DNA of 64,000 nucleotides from positions 559 to 64,558 of the forward strand of contig DATLUA010000040.1 in assembly GCA_035533295.1 (NCBI GenBank), read 5' to 3'. Both the position numbers and the translations under genes were made by a program. Source of the DNA: Elusimicrobiota bacterium. GTDB taxonomy: Bacteria > Elusimicrobiota > Elusimicrobia > UBA1565 > UBA9628. A model generated the notes under the pieces. That model was not told the origin of the DNA. It saw only the letters and a program-made list of their open reading frames with translations, and ran no database searches. Positions 26,981 through 35,786 of this stretch are shown here, one piece after another (position 1 is the first letter of the stretch; each line of letters starts with the position of its first letter).

Positions 26981-26997
26981 GTCGCCATCCCTCTGGC

Positions 26998-27026
26998 AGT
27001 GTAACAGCGCCGTTTCTCATTGTCAA
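26998..27026 (-). promoter_or_regulatory. Sigma70-type promoter of flp2 (TTGACA-17-TGtTACACT)
   Basis: On the coding strand: cTTGACAatgagaaacggcgcTGtTACACTgccagagggatggcgacATG. It has a perfect -35, a 17-bp spacer and an extended -10. Confidence 0.5.
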
Positions 27027-27048
27027 GATGTTCATGATTAAAAAACCA

Positions 27049-28029
27049 TTAAAACTTAACGGTCATTGAAATTTGCTCGACCACTCCCAGAGCGCCGAAC
27101 GGGACAAACGCGTAGTCTATTCCGAGTCCGTAGCCGAACGCCTCGGACGTGTACATCCCCAGCCCGAACGTAAAACCCGAGGTTTCGTTGAGGTGCAGGG
27201 TCTGCAGCGCCCCGTTGAAGCTTTGCCCCATGTTGTTGAGATTGGACCAGCCGGCGCGCAAGGTCAGTTGGGCCACTTCCAGGTACTGCTCCGGAATCTG
27301 GAATTCCGCGCCGATGCCCACGTGAGTATTATCATCGGCCGGCTTATTGACCTCGCAGCTCAGGGTCAAAAAATCGTTGAGCCGCCAACCCACGCCGCCG
27401 CGGACAATCGAGGACACGTCCGACATCCGCGCGCCCAAGTTCTGCGCGGCGAAGCCAAGAGAGAGCCGCTGGTTGGGCTGAAAAATGGCGCCCAAATCGC
27501 CCACCAAGCTGTCATGAACGGCCCCGGCGTTGTCCTCATGGACTTCCCGCAGCGTCGCTCCCAGAAAAAGACGCTCGTACCAGAATGACCGCGCGACCGC
27601 CACGCTGCCGAAACCGTCGTGGACCTGGACCGTGGAATTAGGCTGGGGAATGCCGTTTTGATCCCGGACGTCGAAATTACTATCGCTGATATAGGAGAAA
27701 TTTCCGCCGACCACGGTGCGGCCGAAAGGCTGGACGTAAGCCATGTACACCGGCGTGTCAAGGCCTTGAACGTAGCTGAGATAAGAATACTGCAGTTCCC
27801 GCTCCTCGGCGCGCGCGATGCCGGCCGGGTTCCAAATCATGGCGTCGGCGCCCTCGGCGACGGCCACGAAGGCGTTGCCCAAGGCCATGGCGCGGGCCGA
27901 GCCTTGATTCAGATAAAGGAAGGCCGCGCCGCCCGTGCCCGCGGCGGGATTAATGGCATTCGCCCAAAGAGCTTTGCGCCCCCGAACAAGGAGCAGGCCC
28001 GCCGCGAAAAGCAAAGCTCGCCGTTTCAT
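27049..28029 (-). CDS. FadL/PorV-family outer-membrane beta-barrel protein
   Basis: The N-terminal motif GGAAFLYLNQGSARAMALGNAFVAVAEGADAMIWNPAGIA is shared by FadL/TodX and PorV/PorQ-type barrels. Alternating beta-strand pattern, C-terminal Phe. 4-nt overlap with the upstream giant protein gene. Confidence 0.55.
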   Translation of the reverse strand: MKRRALLFAAGLLLVRGRKALWANAINPAAGTGGAAFLYLNQGSARAMALGNAFVAVAEGADAMIWNPAGIARAEERELQYSYLSYVQGLDTPVYMAYVQPFGRTVVGGNFSYISDSNFDVRDQNGIPQPNSTVQVHDGFGSVAVARSFWYERLFLGATLREVHEDNAGAVHDSLVGDLGAIFQPNQRLSLGFAAQNLGARMSDVSSIVRGGVGWRLNDFLTLSCEVNKPADDNTHVGIGAEFQIPEQYLEVAQLTLRAGWSNLNNMGQSFNGALQTLHLNETSGFTFGLGMYTSEAFGYGLGIDYAFVPFGALGVVEQISMTVKF

Positions 28030-31000
28030 TGCAGGAGTATTTTCTTGACGGTCTGATAGACTTCCGCTCCGCCCAACGTCCCCTCTTCACGGATGACCGC
28101 GTAGTAGATGCCGCGCGCCACGGTCCGGCCGGCCTGGTTGGCCTTGTTCCAAACGAACGTCACCGGCCCGGCGTTATAGCTGGGCGCGGTATTGGGAAAG
28201 TCATGCGTGTAGACAAGCTCCCCGGCGATGTTGTAAATCCGCAAATGCGCGACGGCCTGCACCGGGAAGTATATCTGGAACGTCGCGGTCGGATAGTTGC
28301 CGGGCACGGGGTTGGGATAGACGAAGGTGTTCCCCTCGAAATCTCCCTGGGGATCGGCCGATGCGCCGCGCGTGACCGGAATCTCGCCGAAAGATTGGAA
28401 ATCGTTGGCCAGAGCGCTCGGCACGAGGACGTTCCCCGTGATGTCGTCGATGGCGTTCATATCGGTCGAAGCCGAAATGGTGAATTCATAGTTGCCGTCG
28501 GGAACCTTGGAATAAGTCATATCCGTTCCATTCCAAACGGTCTGCGCCTGCGTCCGCGCCGGCTCGACGCCGACGATAAGCTTGATCAGGGAAATCGACG
28601 CGGGAGGCGTCGGGTTGCCGAAGGGATCAAAAGTTGTCCCCGGTTTGTAAATCTTGATGGCCACCTTCATCGGCTGGGAGACCTGATAGAAAATGGTGCC
28701 GCTGGGATGCGCCGCGTCCATGATGGTGGCGGCCTCGTCGTAGACCTGCAGAGGCTGATAGGCGACGGTGGCCTCGGCCGTGGACAAAGACAATTGGGAA
28801 TTCTCGGAGGCAATGTCCTGCGCCAAGACCTCGACCGTGTAGAATCCGGGAGCGAGGTAATGGCCGCTGTCGTCCAAACCGTCCCAGACGTCGCTGATGG
28901 AAATGCCTCCGTCCCGTTCCTGGCCGGCAATCACGGTCCGAACGACGTTAAAAGGCGCGTTGGTGTTCAGAACCCGAATGGTCACCGAAGAGACGCGCGT
29001 CAGCGAGTAGTCGATGGTGTAGGGAGGCAGCTGCACCGTGGCCGCGGCGCTGGAGTTGAAGAGCTGCGGAATGGTGGGGTTGACGGCGAAGGTCGGGAAG
29101 CCCACGTATCCTCTTTGCACCGCCACCGTCCCCTCGATTTTATCCGTCGCGTACATAGCCGGCGTGGAGGTGGACTGCGCCACGAAATCGTAAACATAAT
29201 CCCCATCAGGCACGGTCAGGCCGTTGATGTCCCGGCCGTTCCAATTCTCCGTCACGTGGAAGCGCCCCGCTCGGAAACCGTAGATGCTTATAATTGGAGC
29301 GACCTCGGCTCCGCCCGGGCCCACGACGTCCGCGCAGTTGCCGCCGACCAACTGCCCGCACGGCGGCCAATCGGTGCTCTGGTTTTTGAATATTGTGCCC
29401 GGAGGGTAGATGTTCCAAGCGACGTTCATGTTGTTGGAAAGCTGATACGTCAAGGACGCGACGTCTCCCGTGGTGCCGACCAGGAGCGGCTGCACTTGGA
29501 CGTCGGTGATGCGGAACAAGTCCACGGGGAACATGACCGTCGTCGTCGTGACCTGCGCAGGGACGAAAGGATCGGAGGCCGCCAACTGCGCGATGTACAC
29601 GCCTGAACTCACCACCTGGCCGTTGTCGCCCACGCCGTCCGACCAGGTTTCGGAAATTCCCGTGTTTCCCGGACGGATCTCGTTGTTGACCAAGGTTTTG
29701 ACCACTTGGCCCAAGGAATTGATAATCACGAAATTCACGTTGGCCTCGCGCGACAAGGAGTAGTCGAACGTGAAGGGATCAATCCCGGTCACGGGCGGAC
29801 TGGATCCCACGACCGTGGTAATCGGCGTGATTTGGCTGACTCCCACGTAGCCGCGCGAGATGGGAATAAAGCCGGTCTTGGCCACGGAAGTCCAGATGCG
29901 ATCATCGCCCGGGCTTCCCGAAGTGCACGCCCCGCTTTGGCAGAATGGGAAGCCTTCCTGGGACGGCAAATCGGCGTACATGACGAAGACATAATCGCCG
30001 TCCGGCATGACCTGCTCGGAGTTGTTCAGGCCGTCCCAAAAGGTGACCACGGGCGTCCGGGAAATCTGCTGCGTCACGAAATGCTTGATGGGCGCGACCA
30101 AACTAACCGCATTGCCTCCGCTGCAGCCGCCGCTGGAGGGTTCGAAATCTTTGGGCGTCCCGATTCCGCCGACAGCGGGCTGCGAGTCCAAGGACACGCT
30201 GTTGACGTTGTTCAAGGATGAGCAGAACGTCGTCCCGGGCGGGTAAACGTCGACGTAGACCGTGGCCGGCTCGGTCAGCGTGTAGGTCAGCACGGCCAGG
30301 GAGGTGGAGCCCCCCAAAAGCGGCTGGACCTGGATGTCGGTGATTTGAAGAGGATCGAGGCTGATTTGAGATGTGGTCGCGTAGGAAAGATCCTGCCCGT
30401 ATTGATCCACCGAATTGGACTGCAACGTCGCCAAATAGTTGCCGGGCGGCATTATCTGGCCGTTGTTGTCCCGTCCATCCCAGGCATCCCCGTCAGTCAA
30501 AGATCCATTGGGGACGCCTTCGCCGGGCTCCGGCAAGCCCGGAACAACGGATCGAATAATAGAGGCACTGGGCGGCTCCGAGATGTCAAGATAAAAAGAC
30601 GCATCCTGAGATAGTCGGTAAGTGATGTTATATGGTTCCGCAGCTACGCCCGTAATTTTTCCAACAATCGTCGGAGTCGACTGGATCGCATGCACATCGT
30701 TCGCGTTAACCACAATCGGCTGTTGCGAAACGATATTATCCGTCTGCCCAGGTTGCTCTGAGTTGGCATCATAGGTGGAGCCCTGCGGATAAGCGCTTTG
30801 CGCGCTAACTTGGATGTTGCCTTGAGTTCCGACTTGGTTTGTCGTTACAGTCGCTCGGACGCCGTACTCTCCATCGGATCGTCCGAATCCACCCTGAATG
30901 TTGATGCTTCCATCCCAAATCACGCAGTAAGGCCCGAGAGGGCCCGTGCAGGCGGGATTCGTTTGCACCTGCGTTGAGTTAGTGGTCGTATCATAATAGT

Positions 31001-31835
31001 TAACGAAACCGACTTCGTTGCTGTTGCAGCCGCCGCCAGGGATAGTCCCAGGCGAGTTGATAAAAAACGTCCTAACCGGAGGGGTCGAGCTTGGGTCTAG
31101 GGGGTTTGAACCGTTTTGGTACTTAAAAATTTCAAATTCCAGTTGATCTATGCCGACTGGAGTGCTTTGCAGTCCGCTGTCGCTGTTGTTGTATCCGATG
31201 GACGCGCAAACAAAAACTTCGTTATTGCAAATATTGCTGGAACTAACGCCCACATTGAAAGGACCGCCGCCTGCTAAAGTGCTGCCATAGGTCGTCCCGC
31301 ATTGTTGGGCATAGGAAGGCTGAGCGAATTGTATTTCCGGATCGTTAGAAATGTTCCCGAAGCCGCGTGAACCGCTGGTAAATGTATAACTGCTTACGTA
31401 TGCGCCCGAACTAGTGCCAATGGTAATAGAAGACACGATGGTCGCATTGGCGTTTTCGATCGGGTCCTGGCTCGGTGGACCGATAAAATCGTCAGCATTA
31501 AAAAAAACGTTATTAACGGTAACGCCATTGCAAACGGACTGCGTCGTTCCGTTAATATCGGCATTAAAGCATGCTTGACATGCCGGAGGAGCTGCGGCTT
31601 GCCCGCCCGGGACATTGCAGCATGTCTGACAATTCAACGGCGGACAATAGAAATAAAGATTTCCGCTGGAATCAATCTGAGAAATGCAGTTTTTATTTAC
31701 CTGATGCACGTACATCTGGTCGACATAGAGCTGGAACGCCGAGGCGGTGCGCGCGCAAATAATGAAGACGGCGCAGACGAGCGTCGCGCCGGAAAGATTG
31801 AAAAACTTCGTGAAACCCTGTTGTCGAGAGCTCAT
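28026..31835 (-). CDS. Giant secreted Ig-repeat surface protein with FlgD-Ig-like repeats and T9SS-like C-terminal sorting domain
   Basis: Signal peptide, then a Cys-rich N-terminal module. At least six repeats carry the W-x-G-x-D-x-x-G-x-x-V/M-P-D-G-x-Y signature (TFWDGLNNSEQVMPDGDYVF, WNGRDINGLTVPDGDYVY, WDGLDDSGHYLAPGFYTV ...). The C-terminal ~90 aa (YPNPVPGNYPTATFQIYFPV...HLRIYNIAGELV...VTFVWNKANQAGRTVARGIYYAVI...KKILLQ) resemble the Por secretion tail domain. Confidence 0.6.
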   Translation of the reverse strand: MSSRQQGFTKFFNLSGATLVCAVFIICARTASAFQLYVDQMYVHQVNKNCISQIDSSGNLYFYCPPLNCQTCCNVPGGQAAAPPACQACFNADINGTTQSVCNGVTVNNVFFNADDFIGPPSQDPIENANATIVSSITIGTSSGAYVSSYTFTSGSRGFGNISNDPEIQFAQPSYAQQCGTTYGSTLAGGGPFNVGVSSSNICNNEVFVCASIGYNNSDSGLQSTPVGIDQLEFEIFKYQNGSNPLDPSSTPPVRTFFINSPGTIPGGGCNSNEVGFVNYYDTTTNSTQVQTNPACTGPLGPYCVIWDGSINIQGGFGRSDGEYGVRATVTTNQVGTQGNIQVSAQSAYPQGSTYDANSEQPGQTDNIVSQQPIVVNANDVHAIQSTPTIVGKITGVAAEPYNITYRLSQDASFYLDISEPPSASIIRSVVPGLPEPGEGVPNGSLTDGDAWDGRDNNGQIMPPGNYLATLQSNSVDQYGQDLSYATTSQISLDPLQITDIQVQPLLGGSTSLAVLTYTLTEPATVYVDVYPPGTTFCSSLNNVNSVSLDSQPAVGGIGTPKDFEPSSGGCSGGNAVSLVAPIKHFVTQQISRTPVVTFWDGLNNSEQVMPDGDYVFVMYADLPSQEGFPFCQSGACTSGSPGDDRIWTSVAKTGFIPISRGYVGVSQITPITTVVGSSPPVTGIDPFTFDYSLSREANVNFVIINSLGQVVKTLVNNEIRPGNTGISETWSDGVGDNGQVVSSGVYIAQLAASDPFVPAQVTTTTVMFPVDLFRITDVQVQPLLVGTTGDVASLTYQLSNNMNVAWNIYPPGTIFKNQSTDWPPCGQLVGGNCADVVGPGGAEVAPIISIYGFRAGRFHVTENWNGRDINGLTVPDGDYVYDFVAQSTSTPAMYATDKIEGTVAVQRGYVGFPTFAVNPTIPQLFNSSAAATVQLPPYTIDYSLTRVSSVTIRVLNTNAPFNVVRTVIAGQERDGGISISDVWDGLDDSGHYLAPGFYTVEVLAQDIASENSQLSLSTAEATVAYQPLQVYDEAATIMDAAHPSGTIFYQVSQPMKVAIKIYKPGTTFDPFGNPTPPASISLIKLIVGVEPARTQAQTVWNGTDMTYSKVPDGNYEFTISASTDMNAIDDITGNVLVPSALANDFQSFGEIPVTRGASADPQGDFEGNTFVYPNPVPGNYPTATFQIYFPVQAVAHLRIYNIAGELVYTHDFPNTAPSYNAGPVTFVWNKANQAGRTVARGIYYAVIREEGTLGGAEVYQTVKKILLQ

Positions 31836-31940
31836 GTAAGCCTAAACCGTTGTCTTCCGGGCGATACTATACCCGAAATTCCGTTGCGCTTTTATTAACT
31901 GGCTATTAAAGGATTGTAAATTCCGCGGCGGGCAAACGCT
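31836..31940 (-). promoter_or_regulatory. AT-rich upstream region of the ~32-kb minus-strand gene array; candidate promoter(s)
   Basis: This is the only sizeable AT-rich non-coding gap at the head of the co-directional array. TATAGT and TTTACA-like hexamers sit upstream of the ATG at 31835. Confidence 0.3.
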
Positions 31941-33709
31941 TAATAGCGGAACTTCACGAAGCTGGGGGACGTCCGGCTTCCGGCCGGCGCGGCCAAAATC
32001 CAGAGCTGCCGCTGCCCGCCCATTTTCACCGCGGTCATGCCGATGACGTTTTCTCCCAAGTCATAGGACGCCCGCAGCGAAAAGGATCCGTCCTTGAAAT
32101 CGTAAACGCCGAGCCTGCGGGTCTTGGAGTCGAAGTCCCATAGGCTGCCGGAAACCCACAGCAGGGACGTCGGAACCGCGCCGCCAAGCCCAAAGGATTG
32201 GACGCGCCCGTCCGCGCCGTAGCGATCCAGGGACCGGTTGGCCGCGTCATAGCACCAGATGGCCTTGCCGTCGTAAGCCATGGCCGTGGGCGCGGGACCC
32301 TCCGCGGGCAGCGTCGCGGCCACCACGCCCGGGTCCGAGGCCGCGACGCGAACGAGCCTGGCTTGGGCCGCGTCCGCGGTCCAGAGAGAATCGCCGGCGG
32401 AAACAATCGAGACCGGATGATAAGGAGGCTTGACGTTGGGCGCGAGAGTCGTCGGCGCCGCCTGCAAATCGAGCGGATTAAAGGCGTCCAACTCCCCGTT
32501 CCATTGCGAGACCCAAATTTTCGTGCCGTCGTAGGCCATCCCGGTGGGATTGGCCAGCGACGTCGGAACTTCCGCGACGGGCTGAAAATGAAAGGCCGAG
32601 TAGTATTTCCAAACCGGAATGGACGCCGCGGCGAGAACGGCCGCGGTCGCCAGGCCCGCCCAGATCCGCCGCGAGATCCGCCGTTTCTCTTGCGGCAGGC
32701 CCAGCAGCGCGACCGCGCGCAAAACGTTCTGGATTTTGGACGTGGTCTCGGTGGATTGGCGCAAGGTCTCCGCCATCTGGGACGCGAAGCGCAGATGATC
32801 TTCCTCTTTGGCCTTCAACTCCGCGTGCCAGCTCTGGCGCTCGCGACGCAGCTTGTCCTCCCAGGCGGAAAACTCGGTGCGCTGCGTCTCCCAGGTCGAG
32901 CGCTCCCGGTCCCAGAGCTCGCGCCACTGCGCCCGCTCTTCCTCCCAAATCTTGGAGAGCTCCTCGAAATGCCGCTGCGCCTCGTCCACTTTCTTCAACG
33001 CCTCGGAGCGCTCTTTTTCGGTTCCCTCGCGGACTTGCCGCTCGCGCAAAAGCTCGGCCAAAGTTTTTTCCAGCGCGTTTTTCGCTTCCTTGAGGCTTTG
33101 CGACAATTTTTCCACGTCGCTTTGCGTCCGCGCGGCGTCGTCTTGGCGCGTTTGCGCCAGGGATTCCATCGACTGCATCTGCGCCAAGTATTTTTCTTCT
33201 TTCTTTTCCCAACTTTTGCGCTCTTTCTTCCAGATGTCGGCCTCGCCCATCAGGCGATGCCGGGTCTGCTCCAAAAGGGCGCGCAGGCGCTTCTCGTCTT
33301 CCTCGTGGCGCTGCCGCTCTTCCTTGAGGCTCGACAGCGCGGCTTCAAGCCGGGCCTGGACGTCCAGGTAGCCTTCCAGGGAGCTTTCCTCGGCGCTCCG
33401 AACCTGCCGGCGCAAACCGGCGATTTCGTTTTCCAGAAGGCGCTGGCGTTCGCGCAGGGCCGAGACTTGCTTCTCCTTGGCCTCAAGCATCTCGGACCAG
33501 GCCAACGCCTCGCTGCGGTGCTTGCTGCGCAAAAGGGAAACGGTTTCCCACGCCGCGCTGGGAGCTTCGGGAAGGGCGGTCATCGAGGGGATATCGGAAA
33601 CATCGGCGCCGGGAGATTGCGGCGCGCTCCGGGACACCTTGGCCCAGAGCCGCTCAATTTCCCCGCGCCACTCCGGCTGGGAGGACTCCTGCGGCGTTTC
33701 GCTCGCCAT
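31940..33709 (-). CDS. Bitopic membrane protein: long N-terminal coiled coil, TM helix, periplasmic beta-propeller-like domain
   Basis: About 350 aa of heptad-rich E/R/K/L/Q sequence. The TM helix is IWAGLATAAVLAAASIPVW. C-terminal repeats with W/Y-D motifs follow (GMAYDGTKIWVSQWNG..., AMAYDGKAIWCYD...). Probably a leaderless or very short-leader mRNA. Confidence 0.5.
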   Translation of the reverse strand: MASETPQESSQPEWRGEIERLWAKVSRSAPQSPGADVSDIPSMTALPEAPSAAWETVSLLRSKHRSEALAWSEMLEAKEKQVSALRERQRLLENEIAGLRRQVRSAEESSLEGYLDVQARLEAALSSLKEERQRHEEDEKRLRALLEQTRHRLMGEADIWKKERKSWEKKEEKYLAQMQSMESLAQTRQDDAARTQSDVEKLSQSLKEAKNALEKTLAELLRERQVREGTEKERSEALKKVDEAQRHFEELSKIWEEERAQWRELWDRERSTWETQRTEFSAWEDKLRRERQSWHAELKAKEEDHLRFASQMAETLRQSTETTSKIQNVLRAVALLGLPQEKRRISRRIWAGLATAAVLAAASIPVWKYYSAFHFQPVAEVPTSLANPTGMAYDGTKIWVSQWNGELDAFNPLDLQAAPTTLAPNVKPPYHPVSIVSAGDSLWTADAAQARLVRVAASDPGVVAATLPAEGPAPTAMAYDGKAIWCYDAANRSLDRYGADGRVQSFGLGGAVPTSLLWVSGSLWDFDSKTRRLGVYDFKDGSFSLRASYDLGENVIGMTAVKMGGQRQLWILAAPAGSRTSPSFVKFRY

Positions 33710-33779
33710 GAACCTTGGCAGTGTAACAGGAATTTCGCCCGGCGCAATGGCGAAAATGTTACAGCGGAGCTACCGGTTT

Positions 33780-33849
33780 TGCAGCAGCCGCACCAACTCC
33801 TGGTTGGCTTGGCTCAAATCCACGCCGGTTCCCTGGTATTGGCGGAGGA
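33780..33849. repeat. 70-bp direct repeat copy A (69/70 identical to 35797..35866); encodes a decayed duplicate of the last ~30 codons of gene 35787..37154
   Basis: tgcagcagccgcaccaactcctggttggcttggct(c/t)aaatccacgccggttccctggtattggcggagga occurs twice. On the minus strand, copy A reads ...VLKSLLRQYQGTGVDLSQANQELVRLLQNR* with a stop at 33770-33772. Confidence 0.8.
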
Positions 33850-33855
33850 GGCTCT

Positions 33856-34552
<697 letters not shown>

Positions 34553-34563
<11 letters not shown>

Positions 34564-35776
34564 GATTTCTCTTCGCGGCGGGAATACGCGCGGCAGTGGC
34601 GGCGGTTGACGCCGGGCGGCGGAAGCCCTTGTCCTGCATGTAGAGCGTCATGACCGCCATGGCGTCCTGCGCGCGCCCGCTGGTGTTGTTATAAACCGCG
34701 ACCAGCTCGTAGTCGTGGCTCTTGTATAAGGGAAGGCCCGACTCGCTGGAGTAGGAGCCAACTTCGGACAAGCCTATCGCATCGGCCCGCTCTTTCGCCC
34801 TCGCCGTCCAGAGCGTCTTGCCCGCGGTCAGGTCGCGCAGGGCCAGGCTCACCGCGAAAGGATGCAGATGCGCCTCGATGTAATGGACGCGCGTGTCAAA
34901 GGGCAGGTTCAGGAGATGGGTCGCCAAGGTGCGGTAGACGTGCCGGCCCGGCGGCACGGCGAAGTGTCCGGAGTAGCGCCGCCCCTGCGCGTCGGTGTAG
35001 ACGCTGCCCATCATGGCGTTGGGCGCGTTTTGGCCGGGCGCGCAGGCCGCCGCGGCCTGGGCGGGAGTGGGGCGCGCCGCGCCGAAGACCTCCGGCCGCC
35101 CGTCGAGGCTCACCATGACGAAAGGGGAATCGGCGAAAAGGGGCTTCATCGGCCGCCCCGCGCCCTTGTCCGGCGCGAACTCGATGGTGATTTTGTGGCG
35201 GACGCGATAAGAGCCGGGATGGTTGAAGTTGAGCACCTGGGTCGCCACCGACAAGGGCTCGTCGGACATCAACGGCATGCCGTAACCGGGCGGAAAGCGC
35301 ACGCTCAACTGCCCCTGCGAGAGGGTCGCGATGCGGATGCTGACGTTTTTCTTCCAGCCGAAGAGCGCGCGGTGGCGCGCCATGTCGGCGAAATCCAGGT
35401 TGGCATGGCACATGAAGTCCGCGGGCCTGGGCCTTTTGCCCCGCGGGCCCACCATTTCGGTTTTGAAGCCCGTAATCCAAAGGAGCCCCGGCGGCTTTTC
35501 CGCGTCGAGAACGACATCCCGGACGCTCGACGGGCCTTCCATGGACTTATAGAACCGATCGACGAGATAATCCCGGGACAAGACCACCTTGGTCGCCGCG
35601 CGGCCGAAGACGGCCGAAGACAGGGCGGCAAAAGCGAGGGCGCACGAAAAAAGGCCGCGACGGAAATGCCGCTTGGTCATCTTTTGCCTATGGCGCAGAC
35701 AAAGTTTACCCCCCCCCGCCGCGAAAGTCAAGTAAAAAACCAGTAAACCAGCGAATGCCGGGAAATGCGTCGGCAT
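34553..35776 (-). CDS. Hypothetical secreted protein (likely start at ATG 35680, MTKRHFRRGLFSCALAFAALSSAVFG signal peptide)
   Basis: Normal amino-acid composition and a predicted signal peptide. No recognisable motif. 11-nt overlap with the polyPro pilin gene. Confidence 0.45.
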
Positions 35777-35786
35777 CAGAGGCGGA

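Noticed and set aside
26816-26988. Alternative flp2 start at ATG 26988 (frame reading MATWRFAGKK...)
   Set aside because: That ATG is out of frame with the Flp motif and stop. The in-frame start is ATG 26980 (MEIRGKKERGQSTVEY...), with a correctly spaced GAGGG Shine-Dalgarno sequence.
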